DNA of 63,312 bases, filler included. It is 4 parts of 4 records of this genome, joined end to end, with 100 filler letters (N's around TTAATTAATTAA, not from the genome) between each part and the next. Parts side by side here need not be neighbours in the genome. Positions count along the whole stretch, not along the records: positions 1 to 31,604 come from SRR2962707_2780; 3 more parts are not named here. One strand, 5' to 3'. Under the pieces are notes generated by a model. The model saw nothing but the letters and a program-made list of their open reading frames with translations, had not been told where the DNA came from and did not search any database. Positions 18,408 through 26,961 of the stretch are shown here, in pieces (within the stretch, counting starts at the first letter, position 1; each line of letters starts with the position of its first letter). The position numbers and the translations under genes are program-made.

Positions 18408-19920
18408 GGGGGTTTTCCTTCGCCAATCCATGATTGCCTGCCGAGGCGGCTTGGATCAGGTTTTCTGATGTTAGTCGGGTGCCTTTGAGTTCGCCAACGA
18501 TCTGGCCTTGGCTAAACACAATCGCGCGATGGCAGATGGCCGCTACTTCTTCGAAATCTGTAGAGACGATTATTATTGCAACGCCAGCTTCCAAAGCCTT
18601 GTTCAATAACGTGTAAATTTCTGCCTTTGCGCCAACGTCTACGCCCGCTGTTGGATCCTCGCAAATTAACAATTTACGGCCTGTCGCAAGCCAGCGCCCC
18701 ATCACCACCTTTTGTTGGTTTCCACCAGACAAGGCTTCAATTGCGAGAGTTGGATCATTCGGGCTAAGGGCGATGTCCTTGCCAATTTGAACCGCGGCAT
18801 TTGTTTCGTCGCGTCCCCACATAAAGGAAAAGGCCTTGCGGCCAACGGCTGCCGGATTAAGAAACGTGTTTTCGCGAATAGTGAGGTTCATAGCAACTGC
18901 TTCGCCGGTACGGTCACGGGCAACCAGGCCGATACCAGCATCCAAAGCTGACTGCGGTGAACTTAGGTCAGGTATTGTACCGTCCAGAACAATGGTGCCG
19001 CGAAATGGATCAACACCGAAAAGGGCACGCGATACGTCCTCATGACCTGCACCGCGCAATCCAACCAGCCCAACAATTTCATTGCGGTACAAGTCAAAGT
19101 CGACGGGTCCAGCTTCGCCTACATAAAGATCCTGAACACTCAATGTTTTTTCGCCGCGCGCTTCGGTCGGCTTGTGCACTTCGCGTGTCGCACGACCGAC
19201 AATCATGTTGACCAATTCCTCGGGCGAGGTGTGGTCGATGGCGCGCACACCAACAACCTGGCCATCGCGTAAAACGGCAACGCGGTCCGCAATGTCAAAA
19301 ATCTCGTCCAACCGATGTGAAACGTAGATCATCCCAACGCCTTGTTCGCGCAAAGGGCGCAGGGCCTTGAACAATCGATCCACTTCGTCCGCGGGCAATG
19401 AAGCCGTTGGTTCATCCAAAACAAGAAAGTCACAATCAACGGCCAAGGCGCGGGCAATCGCGACAAGCGATTTTTCCGTACGTGACAAATCTTGAACACG
19501 AGTTGTTGGATCAAACGTGCAGTCGACCTTGGCCAAAGCCTGCCGTGCGAATTCGTTGACTTTGCTCCATTTGATCAGCCCGTTTTTGCGCGAATATCCC
19601 AAAGCCAGAGCAATGTTCTCGGCGACGGTCATCCATTCAATCAAGCCCAGATCTTGGTGAATAAACGCTACTTTTTGACGTTCTCCAAAGCCGCCGGGGC
19701 GATGTGCATAGGGTTGGCCGTCTATTAGAACCTGGCCGGCATCAGGTGCGTGAATGCCTCCGAGGACTTTGATGAGGGTCGATTTTCCGGCACCGTTTTC
19801 GCCCAGCAAAGCAACAATCTTGCCGCGCTCAACAGCGAGCGATACCGACTTAAGAGCGTAGGTGCCCCCAAAGTGCTTTTCGACTGAATCAAAAAATAAG
19901 CCGCCTTGCAAACATTGCAC
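18394..19920 (-). CDS. Sugar ABC transporter ATP-binding protein (two NBDs, RbsA/MglA-like)
   Basis: GENGAGKST, LDEPTASL and LSGGNQQKV; start placed at GTG 19920 after a GAGGGG RBS. Confidence 0.95.
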   Translation of the reverse strand: MQCLQGGLFFDSVEKHFGGTYALKSVSLAVERGKIVALLGENGAGKSTLIKVLGGIHAPDAGQVLIDGQPYAHRPGGFGERQKVAFIHQDLGLIEWMTVAENIALALGYSRKNGLIKWSKVNEFARQALAKVDCTFDPTTRVQDLSRTEKSLVAIARALAVDCDFLVLDEPTASLPADEVDRLFKALRPLREQGVGMIYVSHRLDEIFDIADRVAVLRDGQVVGVRAIDHTSPEELVNMIVGRATREVHKPTEARGEKTLSVQDLYVGEAGPVDFDLYRNEIVGLVGLRGAGHEDVSRALFGVDPFRGTIVLDGTIPDLSSPQSALDAGIGLVARDRTGEAVAMNLTIRENTFLNPAAVGRKAFSFMWGRDETNAAVQIGKDIALSPNDPTLAIEALSGGNQQKVVMGRWLATGRKLLICEDPTAGVDVGAKAEIYTLLNKALEAGVAIIIVSTDFEEVAAICHRAIVFSQGQIVGELKGTRLTSENLIQAASAGNHGLAKENPHAIS

Positions 19921-19977
19921 CAGAATCCCCCCTCGTTCGAGTTTTTGACACTCAACTGCCTCTCCCAAGACTGTTGA

Positions 19978-20046
19978 GTTACCCGTAACGTATTGCTATC
20001 ATTGTGGTGGAACCCGTCGCTGTCAACACAAAATGTTACGGGTAAC
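19978..20046. promoter_or_regulatory. Pair of GntR/LacI-type operators in the divergent promoter region
   Basis: GTTACCCGTAAC (19978-19989) and its reverse complement GTTACGGGTAAC (20035-20046). Confidence 0.8.
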
Positions 20047-20069
20047 GTAAGCGACCGTGGAGAGACACT

Positions 20070-21080
20070 ATTTCTATTAAGAACAATCGAGTAGGCGTAA
20101 ATGATGTGGCGAAAGCCGCAGGCGTTTCCAAGATGACAGTGAGTCGCGTTCTGCGTGACGAAGGCGGCTTTTCAGAAACAACGCGTGTCAAAGTGATGAC
20201 GCAAATCGAACGATTAGGGTATCTGCCGAATCGACTCGCCGCCGTCTTTGCAGGCGACACACGATCTACCTTTGTCGGGGTCGCTATTCCTGAGTTGGCG
20301 AACGAAGTATTCGGTTTGATTTTGGAGGGGGTCGATCGAAAGCTCGGCGCTTTCTCTCATCAAGCTGTTCTTGGAGTGACCCAGCACGCGCTTGATCAAG
20401 AAGAGAAATGGATTGAACGGGTCCTATCTTGGCAGCCCGCTGGCCTTATTCTGACAGGCCGCGCGCATTCTCAAAAATCGCAATCCATGTTGAGGTCTGC
20501 AGGGATACCGATCGTTGAGATTTGGGATCTCAATTCTTCTCCGATGGATATGTGTGTCGGGCTGGATCACTATGATAGCGGGTATGATATGGGTCGCCAT
20601 TTGCTGTCCAAGGGCTACCGTAAATTTGGCTATGTCGGCACATCTCATATTTCGGCAAACGCCGCATCTGCACGAATGGACGGGTTCGCAAAGGCCGTGA
20701 CGGATTCTGGTGGGGAAGTGACCAAGCAGTTGTGCCTACACGATGTCCCCGGTTTTTATCCCGGATATTATGGCACAGAGCAGCTTTTGGCGTCGGCACC
20801 AAATGTCGAAGCGGTGTTTTATCAAAACGACAACATGGCAGTTGGCGGCATGCAATATTGCCAAGCGCGCGGCATGGCGACGCCTGACGATATCGCAATT
20901 GCGGGTTGGGGCGATTTGCCGGTTCTTTCTATCCAACCTTACCGCATGACGACTGTCCGCATTCCACATCTCAAACTTGGTCAAACCGCGGCAGAGGTCC
21001 TTCTTGACGCGTTGCAGGGCAGTGCAACCAAAAACGTTCACGATATCGGATATTTGTTAGTGCCCGGTTCGACCACCTAA
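20070..21080 (+). CDS. LacI-family (GntR-like) transcriptional repressor
   Basis: HTH VGVNDVAKAAGVSKMTVSRVL. The first canonical start (GTG 20106) cuts helix 1, so an ATT start at 20070 after GGAGA is proposed. Confidence 0.92.
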   Translation: MSIKNNRVGVNDVAKAAGVSKMTVSRVLRDEGGFSETTRVKVMTQIERLGYLPNRLAAVFAGDTRSTFVGVAIPELANEVFGLILEGVDRKLGAFSHQAVLGVTQHALDQEEKWIERVLSWQPAGLILTGRAHSQKSQSMLRSAGIPIVEIWDLNSSPMDMCVGLDHYDSGYDMGRHLLSKGYRKFGYVGTSHISANAASARMDGFAKAVTDSGGEVTKQLCLHDVPGFYPGYYGTEQLLASAPNVEAVFYQNDNMAVGGMQYCQARGMATPDDIAIAGWGDLPVLSIQPYRMTTVRIPHLKLGQTAAEVLLDALQGSATKNVHDIGYLLVPGSTT

Positions 21081-21151
21081 CTGCTTAATCTCTATTTAGA
21101 AGTATTGGCCCAAAATTATCACTGTTTAACTCATCTTAATTGCATAGCACT

Positions 21152-21179
21152 TCATCACATAAGCGACATTATCGGTTTT
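21152..21179. other. dif-like tyrosine-recombinase core site
   Basis: Minus strand reads AAAACCGATAA-TGTCGC-TTATGTGATGA, an 11-6-11 layout with an ATAA-N6-TTATG core, at the cargo/backbone junction. Confidence 0.45.
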
Positions 21180-21378
21180 TGACATGACGCCAAAAATGGG
21201 CAAGATCACCGATGAGCGACTCTTGATGAGTTGTTGCACAGTATTCGCCCATCCAGGCCCACCAACTTGCTTGGAATTCCGCCAAAGTAAGCTGTGACCC
21301 ACACAATTGATCTTCGGTGGTCTTCCACGATGCTGCGCACTGCGCTTTCGTCGCCCGTGATTACCATCCGGATGCAAC

Positions 21379-22593
21379 CTACCGCTCCCGGTCTTTGTTC
21401 CCATTGCTCGGCCCTTTCTGCGGCTCCCTATCCGCATCCTTGGCACGATCCGCAGCACCACGCTCCCGCACAGGCTCTTTAGGTGTTGCAAGGCCCTCAG
21501 AGCGCCCCAGACGGGCATCAGATGCAATCTGCACCCTCTCCGTCCTCAAGTCCGTTAGCTGAGCGGCATAACGCTGCGTATCACCAGCAAGCGCCCTGTC
21601 TTCGGGATCGTCTGACAATGCCAGTGCCGCTGCCGCCTTCAAATATGTCCCGATCACGCGGTTGCGACGGCTCATCAGAGCGTTGTCCCACGGATAGTCA
21701 GGCAACCGTCCACCATGAGCCTGCATGTCGCGCTTCGCTTCTTCCCGCTTTGCTTCATCGGTTCTAACCAGTTGGCCTTTTTGGCGCACCTTATAGATCG
21801 GCATCTTTTGAGACTTGCGCGTCACACCCCTTGCGTGGCGTGGTGTCGCCTCGGCCTCAATCCCGCGTTGTCTCAGACGTTGCGCAAACTGGCTTCTTAA
21901 GTGCTGCAAATCAGCCTTCCGCAGATTCAGTTTGATCCCGTCATGGCCAACAGACCGCACGGTCAAATGAACATGTGGATGTTTTGTATCCGTGTGCAGC
22001 GCCATCACGTAGTCATGCCGCCCACCAAACTCATCCTCAGCCAACGCCCGCACAGCGTCCTTGACCCCCTCCGCGTTCACATCTGCTGGCATCGAAAACA
22101 CCATGTTCGTTGTGATCCGAGTGCGCCCCGTAGCAAAACCGTTATGGCGATCTTCATCGTGGCGCACCAACCATTCAGCTGCGAGCTGCCCCGTAGCAGA
22201 TTTGCCCGAGAGTGTTTGACCATCTGCCGTTTCGATTTCGAGCTTCCCATTGCGGCTGATGTAATCGAAATGCCCGGTAACACGCACACCTTCCGACTGG
22301 CGGTTCACGACAATTGTCTTGCCGCTCCTGTCAATCTTAGCGGGCTTGGTGACTTTCACCATCACTTCCGGCGCGCCCCTCACCACACGGGCGAGCCTCG
22401 CCTTGTCAGCAGCAGTAACCGCACCAGACGCACGCGCGCTTACAGACGCAGATGATTTGGTATTGTCCTGGCTGTTGGTGTCTGACTTTGCTTTCCCGAC
22501 AGAATAGTACCCTGCACCTTTTGATCGAACGGGTCGTGACGGCGGCGGTGTCCAACAATCTTGAAAACCAATCGGCTTTTCATCGTCACTCAT
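21379..22593 (-). CDS. Relaxase, VirD2-like (MOBP)
   Basis: PEVMVKVT, HFDYISRNG (catalytic Tyr), NMVFSMP and HTDTKHPHVHL (3H motif). Confidence 0.95.
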   Translation of the reverse strand: MSDDEKPIGFQDCWTPPPSRPVRSKGAGYYSVGKAKSDTNSQDNTKSSASVSARASGAVTAADKARLARVVRGAPEVMVKVTKPAKIDRSGKTIVVNRQSEGVRVTGHFDYISRNGKLEIETADGQTLSGKSATGQLAAEWLVRHDEDRHNGFATGRTRITTNMVFSMPADVNAEGVKDAVRALAEDEFGGRHDYVMALHTDTKHPHVHLTVRSVGHDGIKLNLRKADLQHLRSQFAQRLRQRGIEAEATPRHARGVTRKSQKMPIYKVRQKGQLVRTDEAKREEAKRDMQAHGGRLPDYPWDNALMSRRNRVIGTYLKAAAALALSDDPEDRALAGDTQRYAAQLTDLRTERVQIASDARLGRSEGLATPKEPVRERGAADRAKDADREPQKGPSNGNKDRER

Positions 22594-23158
22594 CGTCGCC
22601 GACCTCTACCTTTTGGATTTCAAACTGCCCACCAGCAAACCGCGCCAGTTCTGAACGAAGAACGCTTACCTCTTCCCGAAGTGCCGCCAACTCCACCCGA
22701 GATGGTGCGTAACCGCTGCCAGTGAACACGCCCCGGTTCATCAGAGCTGCCATCTGGTTCAAATTGGTGGCCATACCTCTCAGCTGCCGAAACGTGCGTT
22801 GGATTGCCGTTCGTTGCGGCTTGACCGGTTGGGGTGCGTTTCGGAACTTCGCCATCAGGATTGTTGCGGCCCAGGTCGATGGCGTGACCCCCTGCCCCTT
22901 CGCATCCACTGCCAAGACCTCAGAAACGTCTTCCGGCAAACGCACCGTTACTTTCGCCTGTCGGCGCTTGGCAGGTTCGGCATCTTCTGCCGCAACAGCC
23001 TCCGTCCCCTCCGTCACTTGATCAATCATCAGTCTCAGAAAATCAGAAGGCGACAAACCGTGTTCCGACGCCAGGGCCACAAACTTGGCCTTGGTGGTGG
23101 GAAAAACACGGGTTTTGACGGTCTCTGATTTCTGAGCCAATTTGATTTTGTGTCCCAA
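22586..23158 (-). CDS. mobC: MobC-like relaxosome accessory protein with two RHH-like repeats
   Basis: LRGMATNLNQMA MobC motif; overlaps the relaxase start. Confidence 0.85.
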   Translation of the reverse strand: MGHKIKLAQKSETVKTRVFPTTKAKFVALASEHGLSPSDFLRLMIDQVTEGTEAVAAEDAEPAKRRQAKVTVRLPEDVSEVLAVDAKGQGVTPSTWAATILMAKFRNAPQPVKPQRTAIQRTFRQLRGMATNLNQMAALMNRGVFTGSGYAPSRVELAALREEVSVLRSELARFAGGQFEIQKVEVGDDE

Positions 23159-23170
23159 TGCTGGCGCTTA

Positions 23171-23182
23171 GCCTACCCTGCC
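23171..23182 (+). other. Candidate oriT nic site (IncP/T-border type)
   Basis: GCCTACCCTG/CC resembles the RP4 nic CCTATCCTG/CC; it lies immediately upstream of mobC, in the polarity that transfers the relaxase last. Confidence 0.55.
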
Positions 23183-23394
23183 TTAGTCTTCTTCTCAAAC
23201 CTAAGTGTTGCCCCGGGCAACATTCCGCCTTGCAGAAAGGTCGCGCGGCGGACAGGCAAGCGCGTCTATATTCTAAGACAAATGGGGCTGAGCCAGGACA
23301 AGAAGGTGAGCAGCAGCCGGAATGGACGGCGCAACAAATTAGGCGCGCTCCAAAGCGTAAAGCAGAGTGCATTCACCATCATTGCCTTTCCTTT

Positions 23395-24333
23395 CTAGAC
23401 CTCCACAGCTTCAAACAGATTGATGTCTGTCAGTGGGATTTCTTCAATCCGTTCACCGTTGTCAAAACTGACCATCACCATCTTGCCAGATGAGGCGGCT
23501 TTGTCCGTCATCAGCCGCCCAATATCATCGCCTTGTTTGCACAGGAACACGCGCTTGCGTGGCGCGCCGGTTTCCGCCTTTTCTGGCTTTGCCGGTTGCC
23601 GTTCGTTCAAAGAGGCAAGCGGCTCGCGAACACTTGGCTGCGGTTCTGGGTCTGCTTCATTTATCTGTGCTTTCAACACCTCCACAGTCGTCCGTGTAAT
23701 CTGCTCAGGGTCTGTGCTGTCTATGAATTCCTCAACGGCGACATTGTCTTTGTTCCACAATGTTTGCAGGTCGGATAATGCTCTGACCTGCACGGAGGCT
23801 TCGGCTAAATCCTGCAACTTGGCGGGCATCTTCAAAACTTTCGTGAACAGCGAAATGTGCACTTCCGACCAGCCAAGCGCCTTTGCTATATCTGATCGGC
23901 TTCGACCGTCTGCTTTTAATTGCTCAACCGCTCGTGCGATCTCCATTGTCGTCAGTTCTTGTCGTTGGATGTTTTCCGACAACTGGATAGCTCTAAGCTC
24001 TGCTGTGGCCTCCTTGACCATGGCAGGGATTGTCTTCAACCCGGCCATCTGCGCGGCTCTGTACCGCCGCTCGCCCATGATGATCCTATGAACACCATCC
24101 TCATCTTGCGGCTGCACTACGATGGCCTGCAACACGCCGTGCTGGGTGATATTACTGGACAGTTCTGCGAGCTTGTCCTTGTCGAAATTCTTGCGCGGCT
24201 GCTCCGGGTCCGGCGCAACGCGGTCAATGTCGATCTCGGCAGCACCCTGCCCGACCGGTTTTTTCGTCATGGCGGCATCCAGTTTGCCAGCCATGGCGAG
24301 CCTGGTCATTGTGTCGATTGCTTTTCTGGCCAT
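23395..24333 (-). CDS. parB: ParB partition protein with KorB-like C-terminal domain
   Basis: PDPEQPRK, GERRYRA and ENIQRQEL, plus an HTH; the C-terminus resembles the KorB SH3-like domain. Confidence 0.92.
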   Translation of the reverse strand: MARKAIDTMTRLAMAGKLDAAMTKKPVGQGAAEIDIDRVAPDPEQPRKNFDKDKLAELSSNITQHGVLQAIVVQPQDEDGVHRIIMGERRYRAAQMAGLKTIPAMVKEATAELRAIQLSENIQRQELTTMEIARAVEQLKADGRSRSDIAKALGWSEVHISLFTKVLKMPAKLQDLAEASVQVRALSDLQTLWNKDNVAVEEFIDSTDPEQITRTTVEVLKAQINEADPEPQPSVREPLASLNERQPAKPEKAETGAPRKRVFLCKQGDDIGRLMTDKAASSGKMVMVSFDNGERIEEIPLTDINLFEAVEV

Positions 24334-24344
24334 GTGACTGCCTC

Positions 24345-25076
24345 CTATTGAATACGTTGGTTGAGCCAGCCGAAGAATGCTGCGAACTCATATCCCGCAT
24401 CCCTGCCGCTTTTGGTTTTGACTGCTGATACGGCACACCCTTGCGTTTGCGCCTCCTCATAGGCGGCGCGGTTGCGTATGGCGTGCGGAATGAGAATTTG
24501 CGGGAAGGTTGTCACAACGCCCTCAAGCGTGGCCCGCTCGGACGCCTTCACAGCATCAAATCGCGACGGCAACAGGCCCAACAACTGAAGGTCCGGGTTG
24601 TGCTCTTGGATCGAGAAAAACGCCTCAAGCACCCCTTCGATGCCGTCCAGACTGTACCGCTTCAACTCAATCGGAACCAAAAGATAGTCGGCGGCCAGCA
24701 ATGCGCCATAGACAACAACAGAAAAGCTCGGCGGCGTGTCGATCACACAATAATCCGCACCCCCCATTCCCCTCAGAGCGGCTGAGACGTGGCCCATAAC
24801 CTCATCATCGTTAAACGATGCCAAGTCAGCATCGCCTTTGACCAGCCCAATTTGACCCGCCTCAAGGGAGATCGGAACCAACTTGCCGTTCTCAACAATG
24901 GTGCGGGCATCGCCCAGCTCAGCCATGTCTTCCAGACTGGCCGACATGTTTCGCTGACTGTCCAGATCGACACAGACAACAGAGTTTCCCGCTGCGGCAA
25001 GGGAATGCGCGATCTGTGTCGCAACCGTCGTTTTACCAACGCCGCCTTTGTTATTTGCGACAACTATTTTTTTCAT
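24345..25076 (-). CDS. parA: ParA/IncC-like partition ATPase
   Basis: KGGVGKTT, DLDSQRN and IDTPP. Confidence 0.95.
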   Translation of the reverse strand: MKKIVVANNKGGVGKTTVATQIAHSLAAAGNSVVCVDLDSQRNMSASLEDMAELGDARTIVENGKLVPISLEAGQIGLVKGDADLASFNDDEVMGHVSAALRGMGGADYCVIDTPPSFSVVVYGALLAADYLLVPIELKRYSLDGIEGVLEAFFSIQEHNPDLQLLGLLPSRFDAVKASERATLEGVVTTFPQILIPHAIRNRAAYEEAQTQGCAVSAVKTKSGRDAGYEFAAFFGWLNQRIQ

Positions 25077-25399
25077 TGCTTTGGCCCTTGTCAATGTCGC
25101 CTGCGATGGCGAGTGCCGCATCCTTCAAAATGCCGCAACAAGATTGCCGAGCCAGTGCGTAAGACCGGCTCAAAGTCGCCGAAGTTCGGATAAACACCGC
25201 AGCAAGCATCGGGCACATCTGCGGCCAATCATTGGCCATCCCAGCGGAAGCGCCAGTCCCTGACCGGCGGGGCTATGCCCCGGCAGGCAGGGACATCAAA
25301 ACCCACCCTCAGGGCTCATCCGTTGGAAGGAAATGGGGACTGATTGCCCCCCCTTTTTGTTCTGCGAGCTCATCCAACGACACCGTCTCAGAAGCCTAT

Positions 25400-25939
25400 C
25401 TACGCAGCGCACACCTGCTGGTGTTTTGCCTCAAGGGCAGCAAACGCCGCGCCCCGGTTCGGCAGGTTGGAACAGACCAGTTCAGAAATCCGATCCTCAA
25501 AATCCGGGCCTTCCTGTTCGCACCACGCCAGAATGGCCCTGCGATCTTCTTCGCTGTCGGGATCAAACCAGTGGGACGTGGCTTCTTCGTCGCCTTCGTC
25601 CGCCCATCCATCAAGAATATTTATCACCTCGTCGGGGTCATAGAGATTGCCAAAGGAGCCGGGGGTGACCTTGCAGAGCTTCCATGCTGCGTTGACGGTC
25701 ATCAGTTGCCCCGGGTCGATCTCGATCTCCTGCGCGTCTGTTGAAAACGTGTCGAGATAATCAGTCTTGCTCTGAACGTACTCATGCAGATCGTTGGCAA
25801 GATCGCTCTTGGCCCATTCTTTGCGGTTAGAACCGACCCATCCCAGCAAGGCATCATCGCGCGCGTCTTCAGTTCCAAATACATCTGCATGCGTGCCGCC
25901 CTTGTCATCCGTGGCGAGGGTATAGATTTTCAATCTCAT
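25400..25939 (-). CDS. Hypothetical acidic protein (plasmid leading region)
   Basis: 179 aa ORF rich in Asp/Glu; ATGA overlap with the upstream gene; AGGAG RBS. Confidence 0.75.
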   Translation of the reverse strand: MRLKIYTLATDDKGGTHADVFGTEDARDDALLGWVGSNRKEWAKSDLANDLHEYVQSKTDYLDTFSTDAQEIEIDPGQLMTVNAAWKLCKVTPGSFGNLYDPDEVINILDGWADEGDEEATSHWFDPDSEEDRRAILAWCEQEGPDFEDRISELVCSNLPNRGAAFAALEAKHQQVCAA

Positions 25940-26313
25940 GCTGCGATCTCCTGATAGGCTGCGGCCAAGTTTTCGGCATTGGTGCGGATGATGTGTTCCT
26001 GCTGTCGTTCACGATCGCGTTGTTGTTGCTCGGCCTTGCGTTGCTGCCGGTGGGCGTCCCACGCGGCATCTGCCACTGCTTTCAGGATGTACTCGAGCGA
26101 TCCGGGGGCACGGCCTAACGCTTCGCCGGTTTGTGCGTCAAACTCAGCAACATGGCATTCCGCGCCCTGACACTCCTCGCTGTTGCAATAGCTGTCATCG
26201 TAAGTGTTGCTGACCACCAGCTTCTGCAGTTCCGCATCCCATTCGGCGGTTGCGTCAAACGTAACTTCAGTGCTGCCGCAGGATTGGCAGCGATAGTAGA
26301 TCAAACGTGTCAT
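25936..26313 (-). CDS. Hypothetical protein with putative Zn-binding Cys pairs and a coiled-coil tail
   Basis: CQSC and CNSEEC motifs; Q/R-rich helix; AAAGGAA RBS. Confidence 0.75.
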   Translation of the reverse strand: MTRLIYYRCQSCGSTEVTFDATAEWDAELQKLVVSNTYDDSYCNSEECQGAECHVAEFDAQTGEALGRAPGSLEYILKAVADAAWDAHRQQRKAEQQQRDRERQQEHIIRTNAENLAAAYQEIAA

Positions 26314-26343
26314 GATCTCATTCCTTTCTGTTTGCTGCTGTTC

Positions 26344-26901
26344 TCAAGCCGCGCTTTCAATGTCTTGATAGGGGTCACGCTGGTCGCAGCCCGAGCAATC
26401 GGAGAATGCGACAAACGCCTCGCGCAGCTCGGCCAGCGGATGAGTGTCAAAATCATCGTCGCGCCGGTCCGCTGCTTCGATATTGTTCTCGTTGTCCTGA
26501 TGGATGGCGAAAGTCAGGTCCTCGGCAATCTCGGTGAATGCGCTGACCGGCGTGACTTGACCATTGCGGCGCGGGAACTGCCCATAATGACTGTCACCGG
26601 TAACAAAGCCTTTGCCGGTCTCGATGGCGATCTGACGCGCGATGCGGACGGCGTCCAGCGGTGAAAAGGCGTCATGAATGGCGGTTGCCAGATAGGCCGG
26701 GTCGGCTGCCGTCCCCTCATTGGCGCGGCCATAAATGCTCCAAAACGCGGCCCAGCCCGGCTCGCATTGGACAACACCGCCCGCGCTCTCACCGTTGCGG
26801 CATGGCATGAGTTCAAACCACTCAAAGCGGTCGAGCCTGTCGCCTTTGCGAAGATTATTGAACCGCGCGTGATGTGGGATTTGTAGACCTGTATCTGTCA
26901 T
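26344..26901 (-). CDS. Hypothetical protein (plasmid leading region)
   Basis: 185 aa ORF co-oriented and tightly packed in the DUF932 operon. Confidence 0.75.
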   Translation of the reverse strand: MTDTGLQIPHHARFNNLRKGDRLDRFEWFELMPCRNGESAGGVVQCEPGWAAFWSIYGRANEGTAADPAYLATAIHDAFSPLDAVRIARQIAIETGKGFVTGDSHYGQFPRRNGQVTPVSAFTEIAEDLTFAIHQDNENNIEAADRRDDDFDTHPLAELREAFVAFSDCSGCDQRDPYQDIESAA

Positions 26902-26932
26902 AGTTTCGTTCCAATATGATTGGGGGATGGAT

Positions 26933-26956
26933 GACGCGGCCCTGAGGGGCCGCGTC
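26933..26956 (-). terminator. GC-rich stem-loop after the DUF932 gene
   Basis: GACGCGGCCC-TGAG-GGGCCGCGTC. Confidence 0.6.
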
Positions 26957-26961
26957 TTGGC

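Noticed and set aside
13059-19920. Canonical lsr operon or luxPQ quorum-sensing circuit
   Set aside because: No lsrK, lsrF, lsrG, lsrR, luxQ or luxS recognisable in the window.
25051-25400. Small ORFs and a GTCCCTG/CAGGGAC hairpin upstream of parA
   Set aside because: No convincing RBS or homology; the structure is too short to call beyond a possible promoter region.
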